Below, in pieces: positions 56,375 through 64,000 of a stretch of 64,000 nucleotides of DNA. Positions within the stretch are counted from its first letter, which is position 1. The number at the start of each line of letters is the position of its first letter. Location: contig JAUQPF010000051.1 in assembly GCA_030550535.1 (NCBI GenBank), forward strand, positions 2,974 through 66,973, written 5' to 3'. A model generated the notes under the pieces. That model saw only the letters and a program-made list of their open reading frames with translations. It was not told where the DNA came from and made no database searches. This DNA is from Candidatus Bipolaricaulota bacterium. GTDB lineage: Bacteria; Bipolaricaulota; Bipolaricaulia; Bipolaricaulales; Bipolaricaulaceae. The translations under genes were made by a program, and so were the position numbers.

Positions 56375-58717
56375 ATGCCTGAGGTGCAGACAGAGCTCGG
56401 CGGAAAAGTGGTGAAGCTGGAGACGGGAAGCCTAGCCCGGCAGGCCAGCGCGGCCGTCCTCGTCACCTGGGGCGACACCAAGGTCCTGGTGACGGTGGTG
56501 TGCCAGCCCCTCCAGCAGGACCCCGGGTACTTCCCGCTGCGCGTGGACTACGAGGAGAGGTTTTACGCGGGCGGGAAGATCCCGGGCGGCTTCTTCAAGC
56601 GGGAGGGGAAGCCCTCGGACGAGGCGATCCTCGCGGCGCGCCTCATTGACCGCCCCATTCGTCCCCTCTTCCCCAAGGGCTATAAGGAAGAGGTGCACAT
56701 TGTGGCCACGGTGCTTTCGGCGGAGAAGGACGCGCCGCCCGATGTGGCCGGGCTTTTGGGGGCCTCGGCCGCCCTGATGCTTTCGCCCGCGCCGTTTTTG
56801 GGCCCTGTGGCCGGGGTGCGCGTGGGCCTGAAGGACGGGCAGTTCCTCCTCCACCCCACCGATCAGGACCGGGAGACCGGGCTCATGGACATCGTGGTCG
56901 CCGGCACCCGTGGGACCGTGACCATGGTGGAGGGCCTGATGAAGGAGGTGGACGAGGAGGACGTGGTGCGGGCCATCACCCTGGCCCACGCGGAGATCCA
57001 AAAGCTTTTGGATCTCCAGGAGGAGCTCGCTCGTCAGGTCCCGGTGGTGAAGAAGGAGGTTCCTCCGCCGGATCCCCTCGAGGCCGAGGTGCGGGAGAAG
57101 GTCAAGGCCCACGTGTGGGAAAAGCTCCATGAGCTCAAGCGCGCTCCGGGGAAGAAGGCCCGGGAGGGCCTGGCCGAGGCCTTGGCCGAGGAGGCGGCCC
57201 AGGCCGTGGCTCAGGGCTACCCCGAGGCGGACCAGGAGAAGGTCAAGACCCTGGCCAAGGCCCTCTTTGACGACGTGTACCGGGAGTACGTGCGCTGGTC
57301 CATCCTGGAGCTTGGGGAGCGCATGGACGGCCGTCGGCCCGAGGAGCTCCGCCCCATCTCCATCCAGGTTGGGCTTTTGCCGCGTGTGCACGGCTCGGCC
57401 CTCTTCACCCGCGGGGAGACCCAGTCCCTGGGCACCTGCACCCTCGGGGCCACCCGCAAGGACGCCCAGATCATCGACCTCATGATGGAGGAGGGCCTCA
57501 AGCGCTTCATGTTCCACTACAACTTCCCGCCCTTCTGCACGGGGGAGGCCGGTCGGATCGGCGCGCCCTCCCGCCGGGAGATCGGGCATGGGAAGCTCGC
57601 GGAGAACGCCCTTCTGGCCGTGATCCCCTCCGAGGAGGAGTTCCCCTACATCATCCGGGTGGTCTCGGAGATCCTGGAGTCCAACGGGTCTTCCTCCATG
57701 GCCTCGGTGTGCTCGGGGTGTCTGGCCATGATGGACGCGGGGGTGCCGGTGAAGCGGCACGTGGCCGGGGTGGCCATGGGGCTTGTGACCGACCCCGCCA
57801 CCGGAAAGTACCGGATCCTCACGGACATCCTGGGCCTGGAGGACCATTACGGCGACATGGACTTCAAGGTGGCCGGGACCCGGCTGGGGGTCACGGCGTT
57901 CCAGCTGGACGTGAAGACGGGCGGGCTCACCCCGGAGCTCATGCGCGAGGCCCTGGCCCAGGCCAAGGCCGCCCGCTTCCACATCCTGGACCTCATGGAG
58001 CAGGCCTTGCCCAAGCCGCGCGCTTCCCTGTCCCCTTACGCCCCCTACCTGGATGTCTTCAAGATCAACCCCGAAAAGATCGGGATCGTGATCGGCCCAG
58101 GCGGCCGCACCATCCGCAAGATCCAGGAGGAGACGAACACCGAGATCGAGATCGAGGACGATGGCACGGTGAAGGTGGTGGGCGAGGGCCTGGCCGCGGT
58201 GCAGCGGGCCAAGGAGATGATCCAGGAGCTCACCGAGGAGATCGAGGTGGGCATGACCTTCCGGGGGAGGGTCACGCGCATCGTGCCGTTTGGGGCCATC
58301 GTGGAGATCCGGCCCGGCGTGGACGGCCTCATCCACATCTCCCAGCTTGCCAACGGTTATGTCAAGCGCGTGGAGGACGTGGTCAAAGTGGGCGACGAGG
58401 TCACCGTCGAGGTCATCGACACCGACGAGCTTGGGCGCCCCCGGTTCAAGCTCGTGCAGGAGAAGCCCACATTCAAGGTGGGCGACATCGTTCCCGGGAA
58501 GGTCACGAACGTTGTGGACTACGGGATCTTCGTGGAGATCGCGCCGGGCGTACGGGGGCTTGTGCATAAATCCCGCCTGGGCACGAACGAGGAGCCCGCG
58601 AAAGTCGCCAAGAAGGGCGACCGGATGCTTGTGGAGATCGTGGAGATCGACGAGGAGGGCCGGTACAAGCTGCGGCGGGTGGTGCCCAAAGGTCCTGTGC
58701 GGTTGGACGCGAAATGA
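56375..58717 (+). CDS. pnp: Polyribonucleotide nucleotidyltransferase with two S1 domains
   Basis: GKIPGGF, RLIDRPIRP, ESNGSSSMA, GDMDFKVAG, KH domain (IGPGG), two S1 repeats. Confidence 0.98.
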   Translation: MPEVQTELGGKVVKLETGSLARQASAAVLVTWGDTKVLVTVVCQPLQQDPGYFPLRVDYEERFYAGGKIPGGFFKREGKPSDEAILAARLIDRPIRPLFPKGYKEEVHIVATVLSAEKDAPPDVAGLLGASAALMLSPAPFLGPVAGVRVGLKDGQFLLHPTDQDRETGLMDIVVAGTRGTVTMVEGLMKEVDEEDVVRAITLAHAEIQKLLDLQEELARQVPVVKKEVPPPDPLEAEVREKVKAHVWEKLHELKRAPGKKAREGLAEALAEEAAQAVAQGYPEADQEKVKTLAKALFDDVYREYVRWSILELGERMDGRRPEELRPISIQVGLLPRVHGSALFTRGETQSLGTCTLGATRKDAQIIDLMMEEGLKRFMFHYNFPPFCTGEAGRIGAPSRREIGHGKLAENALLAVIPSEEEFPYIIRVVSEILESNGSSSMASVCSGCLAMMDAGVPVKRHVAGVAMGLVTDPATGKYRILTDILGLEDHYGDMDFKVAGTRLGVTAFQLDVKTGGLTPELMREALAQAKAARFHILDLMEQALPKPRASLSPYAPYLDVFKINPEKIGIVIGPGGRTIRKIQEETNTEIEIEDDGTVKVVGEGLAAVQRAKEMIQELTEEIEVGMTFRGRVTRIVPFGAIVEIRPGVDGLIHISQLANGYVKRVEDVVKVGDEVTVEVIDTDELGRPRFKLVQEKPTFKVGDIVPGKVTNVVDYGIFVEIAPGVRGLVHKSRLGTNEEPAKVAKKGDRMLVEIVEIDEEGRYKLRRVVPKGPVRLDAK

Positions 58718-59997
58718 CCGAGATCTACCCCGGGTGTTTCGCGGGGGAAACCTCCTCCGGTCTAGAGGTCTTGGTGGAGCCCATGCCGGGCTTTCGCGGG
58801 GTGGCCCTGGGCCTTTGGGTCAAGGCCGGGGGCCGGGAGGACCCGCCGGGCCGGGAGGGCCTGGCCCACTTCGTGGAGCACATGACCTTCAAGGGGACCA
58901 CGAGGCGCACGGCCCTGGCGCTCGCCCAGAGCATCGACGCCCTCGGCGGGCACCTCAACGCCGCCACCACCGCGGAGTACACGTTCTTCTACACCGAGGT
59001 CCTGAGCGCCCATCTTCCTGAGGCCTGGGAGATCCTCGTGGAGCTCGTGACCTCCCCGCGCTTCGCCCCGGAGGACCTCGTGCGGGAGCGCGTGGTCATC
59101 GCGGAGGAGATCCGTTCCGCGGAGGACGACCCTGAGGACACGGCGTTCCGGCTCCTTGGGGAGCTTCTGTGGAAGGATGGGCACCCGCTGGGGAGGCCCG
59201 TGATCGGCCGCCTGGACTCCGTGTCCCGCATCGAGCTTGAGGATCTGTGGGGCTTCTTTGGACGGCATTATCACCCCAAGGACATGATCTTTGTGGCCTG
59301 CGGCGGGGTGGAACCCGCACAAATTTTTTCTTTGGCCGAGGGCTTTCCCTCCCGTCCCGGGTCGGGGAACGTTCCCCTCCGCACTCCGCCCCAGGTGGGC
59401 GCCGGGCTCACCCTCGCCGAGCGCGACATCAACCAGGTCCACTTGGTTTTGGGCTTCCCCACCGTTCCGGCCTCCGCGCCCGAGCGCTACGCCCTGGAGG
59501 TGTTGAACGCCATCCTCGGCGGAGGCGTGAGCTCCCGGCTCTTCCAGCGGGTGCGGGAGGAGCTTGGGCTGGTGTACGCGGTGTTCTCGGCCACCGCCTA
59601 CTTTTCGGACGCGGGGGTGATCTCCGTCTACGCCGCTGCGGAGGAGAAAAAACTCCCGCAGGTGGTGGAGGCCATCTGGGTGGAGCTGGAGGCTTTGCGC
59701 CGGGCGCCCCCCTCTAAGGAGGACGTGGAGCGGGCGGTGCAGCGCCTTTGCAATGCATTTTTGCTCAATTTGGACGACCCAAGCGGCCGCATGGTGCGGC
59801 TGGGGACGCTCGCGGCCCTGGGCCGGCGGCCCCTCTCCCCCAAGGAGGTGCTCCGCCGCTTTTCCGAGGTCACCCCGGAGGCGGTGCAGGAGCTGGCCCA
59901 GCGGTTCCTTGGGCCGGAGCAGGCGGCCTGGGCGGCCGTGGGACCCTCAGGCGAACGCATTCGTCGGGCCCTGCGGCCCTTCGTGGAGGTGGGCTGA
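58714..59997 (+). CDS. M16 (pitrilysin) zinc peptidase
   Basis: HFVEH (HxxEH), SSRLFQRVREELGLVY; usual neighbour of pnp. Confidence 0.94.
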   Translation: MTEIYPGCFAGETSSGLEVLVEPMPGFRGVALGLWVKAGGREDPPGREGLAHFVEHMTFKGTTRRTALALAQSIDALGGHLNAATTAEYTFFYTEVLSAHLPEAWEILVELVTSPRFAPEDLVRERVVIAEEIRSAEDDPEDTAFRLLGELLWKDGHPLGRPVIGRLDSVSRIELEDLWGFFGRHYHPKDMIFVACGGVEPAQIFSLAEGFPSRPGSGNVPLRTPPQVGAGLTLAERDINQVHLVLGFPTVPASAPERYALEVLNAILGGGVSSRLFQRVREELGLVYAVFSATAYFSDAGVISVYAAAEEKKLPQVVEAIWVELEALRRAPPSKEDVERAVQRLCNAFLLNLDDPSGRMVRLGTLAALGRRPLSPKEVLRRFSEVTPEAVQELAQRFLGPEQAAWAAVGPSGERIRRALRPFVEVG

Positions 59998-60512
59998 TGC
60001 GCATCGCCCTTTACCCGGGAAGCTTTGACCCCATCACCTACGGCCACATCGACGTCCTGCGCCGGGCCAAACGGCTTTTCGACAAACTGATCGTGGCCGT
60101 GGTGGAAAACCCCCGGAAAACCCCGCTTTTCACCGCGGAGGAGCGCAAAAAACTGGTGGAGGAGGCCCTGGCGGAGGAGGGGATCTGTGGGGTGGAGGTG
60201 ATCACCTACTCGGGACTCCTTATCGAGTGCGCAAAGAAGGTGGGGGCGGTGGCGGTGGTGCGGGGACTGCGCGCCACCTCCGACTTCGACTACGAGTTCC
60301 AGCTGGCCCTCACCAACCGGGATTTGGATAGTGAGATCGAGACGGTGTTCCTCATGACCGCTGGCCAGTACTCCTTTTTGTCGAGCTCCATCGTAAAGGA
60401 GGTCAAGCTCTACGGCGGGGACGTCTCGAAGTTTGTGCCCCGCTGCGTGGAGCGCGCTTTGGAGGCGAAGTTCAAGGCCCTGGGGGCGAAGGTCAACCCC
60501 CACGCCCTTTAG
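59997..60512 (+). CDS. coaD: Phosphopantetheine adenylyltransferase
   Basis: YPGSFDPITYGH, RGLR..SDFDYE, SSSIVKE. Confidence 0.97.
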   Translation: MRIALYPGSFDPITYGHIDVLRRAKRLFDKLIVAVVENPRKTPLFTAEERKKLVEEALAEEGICGVEVITYSGLLIECAKKVGAVAVVRGLRATSDFDYEFQLALTNRDLDSEIETVFLMTAGQYSFLSSSIVKEVKLYGGDVSKFVPRCVERALEAKFKALGAKVNPHAL

Positions 60513-61256
60513 TCCGCGCGTCGTCCCACGGGAGCTAGGTACACGGTGAACTCCTCTTCGCCGTCCACTTCCAAAAGCGCGTCCATTTTCCTTTGGTCAT
60601 AGGCTGCGACGGTGCGGGTGGCCAGCCCAGGGCTTCGCACGCCAAATACAGATTTTGGCACACATGGCCTGCATCGATGGCGATGACCTTGTGCGAGGGC
60701 ACGTGATCGCGCCATTCCGCGCGATAAGGCACGGCCGTCCAGACGAAAACCACAGCAGCTTCGCCCACAAAGGTCTGCCCCAGCGCGGCCTCCGCTATTT
60801 TTGGGGCAAGCCCCCGTCTGGGCGCAAGAAAACGAGCTGGTGCGTGAGCGGCAGGTAACGGTACACACCGGGGATCAGATCCTGCACACGGTGCACGGCG
60901 AGGTAGGTTTCGAAGGGGTGACGGGCGCCCGCGGAGGGCACCGTCCGCCACGTGGCGATTCCATCCCGGATTATTTTGTGCACGCCTTGGGTGGTCCAAA
61001 GGAGAAAGGACAACTCGGGGAGCGAAATCGGTTCCGGGGAAAAGCGGCGGCGGCTGCGCCGGCTCGCCAGGCGTTGGACAAAGTCCTGTGGGGGGAGGCT
61101 TAGGGCCGCGGGCGCAGGCAGATCCAAAACTTCTGCGCCCTTAGGAACGGGTCGCTGCAGGGGCGGAGCCGGCAGGCCCTTCTTCTGGTCCGTCTCCAAG
61201 GGTCCTCCCCAAAGGTCCGCGCGCAACCATTTCCGCCCGTCTTCCAGCGTGGCCAA
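60509..61256 (-). pseudogene. SagB/ThcOx-family nitroreductase with two frameshifts
   Basis: RRSRRRF...RTVPSAGARHPFE in frame 1, DAGHVCQNLYLACEALG in frame 2, AAYDQ...YLAPVG in frame 3. Confidence 0.85.
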
Positions 61257-61266
61257 GTTCCCCTCC

Positions 61267-62037
61267 TTACCTTTGGCAGCGGGGGCAAAAATAGGTGCCC
61301 CGGCCGCCGAGCTCGATCCGCTCAATGGGCGTCCCGCACACCTTGCAGGGAAGCCCCTCCCGCCCGTACACCCAGGGCTCGTAGTCCCCGGCCTCACCCT
61401 CCGGGGTCTGATAAGCCCCGTCCGCAAGCGTCGTCCCCAGGGCCTCGATGGCCTCCGTGAGGACCTCCGGGATGGCCTCTTTGAGGCGCTGCACCGCGCG
61501 GGGGCCCAGGGAGTTCGCGGGCCGGCGGGGATCGATCCCCGCCCGGAACAGGATCTCCGCGGCGTAGATGTTCCCGATCCCCGCGATGTTCCGCTGGTCC
61601 AAAAGCCAGACCTTGATGGGCGCCCGACTCCCCTTCAAGGCCTCCGGAAGGAAGGAGAGGTCGGAAAGGGCGTCGGGCCCAAGCTCCTCGGTGAACTCCG
61701 GGACGACCTCCACCGTGCCCAGCCGACGCACGTCCACAAAGAGGACGTTCCCTTGCGGAAATTCAAGGACGAGGCGGGTGTGCGGGGGCCGCGCTTGACC
61801 CTCCTCCCACAGGAGCCGGCCGGACATGCGCAGATGCACGACCAGCCAGAGATCACCCAGGCCGAACAGGATGTATTTCCCCCGCCGCTCCAAAGCGCGT
61901 ACCTGGGCCGGAAGGGAAAGGGATTTGGGCACGGGATCAAACACGGGATCCAAAGCGTGAGCGCGAAGGAGGGTTTGGCCCAGGACCTTGGGGCGCAGGG
62001 CCCGCACGGTGCTCTCCACCTCGGGAAGCTCGGGCAT
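61267..62037 (-). CDS. mutM: Formamidopyrimidine-DNA glycosylase
   Basis: MPELPEVE, RRGKY, HLRMSG, GIGNIYA, C-terminal zinc finger. Confidence 0.97.
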   Translation of the reverse strand: MPELPEVESTVRALRPKVLGQTLLRAHALDPVFDPVPKSLSLPAQVRALERRGKYILFGLGDLWLVVHLRMSGRLLWEEGQARPPHTRLVLEFPQGNVLFVDVRRLGTVEVVPEFTEELGPDALSDLSFLPEALKGSRAPIKVWLLDQRNIAGIGNIYAAEILFRAGIDPRRPANSLGPRAVQRLKEAIPEVLTEAIEALGTTLADGAYQTPEGEAGDYEPWVYGREGLPCKVCGTPIERIELGGRGTYFCPRCQR

Positions 62038-62039
62038 AC

Positions 62040-63530
62040 CTAGCGGCTGAACACGAGTTCCCCAGCCACGAACGTGGCGTCCACTTGGAGGTCCTTTGGG
62101 GGCACGCGGCCGGGATCGCCGGAGAGGACCACGAAGTCCGCCCACTTGCCCGGGGCAATGGTGCCAAGCTCGTCCTCGGCGAAGGCGGCGAAGGCCGCGC
62201 CCTGGGTATAGGCCTGGAGTGCTTCCTCCCAGGTGACCCGCTGGGGATAGTAAGGAGGATCCAGGGCCAAGCCGATCCCGTAGAGGGGACCCAGGGGCAT
62301 CCCGTCGGAGCCGAAGGCCAAGGGGATGCCGCGCTCCAAGACCCAGCGGTGGGGGTCGATGCGCGCGTCCCGTGTGGGCCCCAGGCGATCCTCGTACATC
62401 CGTCCCGGCCCCGACCACTGCAGGAAGTTGGGCTGCATGGAGGCCACGAGGCCCAGCTCCTTCACGCGGTCCAACTGGTGGGGGGTGGGGAGCTCCAGGT
62501 GCTCCACGCGGTGGCGGTCCAGGGCGCCCACGCCCGCAAGGCGCGCCGCGGCCAACACCTCCTCGATGGCCCGATCGCCGATGGCGTGCACAGCGAGTTG
62601 GAGCTCCGCTTCCATGACCTTCCGCCAAAGCCGGGCGAGTTCCCCCCGGCCCAAAAGCACCCGGCCTTTACCCATCTCGCCCTGGTAGGGCTCGAACAAG
62701 GCCGCGGTCTTAGCCCCAATGGAGCCGTCCACGAACGCCTTCACCCCGCAGATGCGCAAGAAGGGGGAGCCGAAGCCCCGCCGCAGGCCCAGGCCAACGA
62801 GCTGGGGAAGGAGGTCGGCCTTCCCATAGGCGAAGATGCGCGTGCGCAGAAGCCCTCGACGCTCGGCCGTGGCATAGGCCCGGAACGCCAAGGCCTCCGT
62901 GTCCATGTCGGCCACCGCCGTGACCCCCAAGGAAGCGGCGTAGCGGGAGGCCGCGGCCACCGCTTCCACCAGGGCCTCCTGGCTTGGCCGCACGAGGGAA
63001 AGCACCTCGAAAACCGCGTCCTCAAAGAGATGGCCGCGCGCGCGGTCCACGAGCTCTCCTTCGGGGCGCACGCAGCGGGCCAGGGCCAGGGTGTTGGCCA
63101 CCATCATGTGGCCGTCCACGCGCACGGCGCAGCAGGGCTGGCGGGGCACGGCGCGATCCAGGTCCGCCCGTTCCAGATACCGCTTCTCCGGCCAGCGGGA
63201 CTCGTCCCAGCCCCGCCCCACCACCCACTCGCCCGGCCGCTCCTGGGCCCGGGCCCGCAAAAGCTCCAAGGCCTCCGAGAGCGTGCGGGCTTGGGAGAGG
63301 TCCACGAAGAACGTGCGATCCAGGCCGACCTTCAAAAAGTGAACATGGGCGTCGAAGAAGCCGGGGAGGAGCGGCCGCCCCTCCAGACGAAAGACTTGGG
63401 TTTTGGGGCCGCGCAGGTTCCCCAGCTCCGGAGCGCGCCCGACCACCACGATGCGCCCGCACCGCACCCCCACGGCATCGGCGCCGGGATGCCCGTGGAT
63501 GGGGCCGCCCTGCACGATCAGGTCCAGCAT
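62040..63530 (-). CDS. Amidohydrolase_3 (YtcJ-like)
   Basis: PGFFDAHVH, KAFVDGS, HAIGDRA, HRVEH, FGSD. Confidence 0.92.
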   Translation of the reverse strand: MLDLIVQGGPIHGHPGADAVGVRCGRIVVVGRAPELGNLRGPKTQVFRLEGRPLLPGFFDAHVHFLKVGLDRTFFVDLSQARTLSEALELLRARAQERPGEWVVGRGWDESRWPEKRYLERADLDRAVPRQPCCAVRVDGHMMVANTLALARCVRPEGELVDRARGHLFEDAVFEVLSLVRPSQEALVEAVAAASRYAASLGVTAVADMDTEALAFRAYATAERRGLLRTRIFAYGKADLLPQLVGLGLRRGFGSPFLRICGVKAFVDGSIGAKTAALFEPYQGEMGKGRVLLGRGELARLWRKVMEAELQLAVHAIGDRAIEEVLAAARLAGVGALDRHRVEHLELPTPHQLDRVKELGLVASMQPNFLQWSGPGRMYEDRLGPTRDARIDPHRWVLERGIPLAFGSDGMPLGPLYGIGLALDPPYYPQRVTWEEALQAYTQGAAFAAFAEDELGTIAPGKWADFVVLSGDPGRVPPKDLQVDATFVAGELVFSR

Positions 63531-63589
63531 CTCTGCGCCATTATAAGACGCGCTGGGTTCCGGGCGAACTTTCCGCTAGGATAGCGGCG

Positions 63590-64000
63590 ATGGAGGTTCT
63601 AGCGCCGGATGCACAGGGGATCGCGCGGGCCGCCCGAATCCTGCGGGAAGGAGGGCTCGTGGCCTTCCCCACGGAGACCGTCTACGGCCTGGGTGCCCAT
63701 GCCCTCTCCGCGGAGGCCGTGGCCCGCGTCTTCGCCGTGAAAAACCGCCCGCGTTTTGATCCCGTGATCGTCCACGTGGCGGCATCCCAGGAGGCCGAAG
63801 GGCTTTGGCAAGAGGTGCCGGAGCTGGCCCGCCGGCTCATGGCGCGGTTCTGGCCCGGCCCCCTCACCCTGGTCCTCCCCAAGCGGCCGGTGGTCCCGGA
63901 CCTCGTGACCGCGGGGCTCCCCACGGTGGCCGTGCGCATGCCCGCCCACCCCGTGGCGTTGGCCCTGATCCGGGAGGCCGGGGTGCCCATCGCCGCGCCC
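63590..64000 (+). CDS. sua5: L-threonylcarbamoyladenylate synthase Sua5/TsaC, N-terminal part
   Basis: VAFPTETVYGLGA, KNRP..DPVIVH, FWPGPLTLVL, VAVRMPAHP. Confidence 0.95.
   Translation, partial: MEVLAPDAQGIARAARILREGGLVAFPTETVYGLGAHALSAEAVARVFAVKNRPRFDPVIVHVAASQEAEGLWQEVPELARRLMARFWPGPLTLVLPKRPVVPDLVTAGLPTVAVRMPAHPVALALIREAGVPIAAP

Noticed and set aside
56432..58567. Long antisense ORFs (711 aa here; also 53545-55827, 50401-52251 and 43985-45805)
   Set aside because: They overlap well-supported genes and are expected by-products of high-GC codon usage.
60509..61256. RiPP (azole) biosynthetic cluster around the SagB-like gene
   Set aside because: No YcaO gene or precursor peptide is nearby, and stand-alone SagB-type nitroreductases are common.

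Overview
GC-rich bacterial chromosome segment, mostly housekeeping, from a probable diderm thermophile. Gene content resembles Ca. Bipolaricaulota/Acetothermia, but that is an inference. Left to right: the 5' part of an SNF2 helicase, a secreted hypothetical protein, galE, a frameshifted sugar-nucleotidyltransferase, a TatT-like protein and a PadR-led Fe/B12 ABC operon. Next is a 10.6 kb block (8184-18797) resembling a minimal type IX-like secretion module: two cargo proteins with matching C-terminal CTD-like tails, each followed by its own PorV-like barrel, plus a half-size SprA-like protein. Then come tRNA-Ala/trmFO, secG-oppDF-rdgB, pyrG-lptC-like-lptB, ogt, a hypothetical plus mraY, cysK-cysE-methyltransferase-pgi/pmi-HEPN-MNT, hypF, alr, tRNA-Ser/Arg, a candidate sRNA and nadE. 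A long minus-strand run follows (yraN-comM-bamA-skp-fabZ-ftcd-murD-ftsW-murG-murC-murB-ftsQ-ftsA-ftsZ), then mtaD-rpsO-pnp-M16-coaD, a broken SagB nitroreductase, mutM, an amidohydrolase and the 5' part of sua5. Other notable signals are a Cys leader-peptide attenuator candidate before cysK, dispersed REP-like hairpins, many leaderless starts and Gln at +1 after many signal peptides. All family assignments come from motifs recognised by eye; no searches were run.
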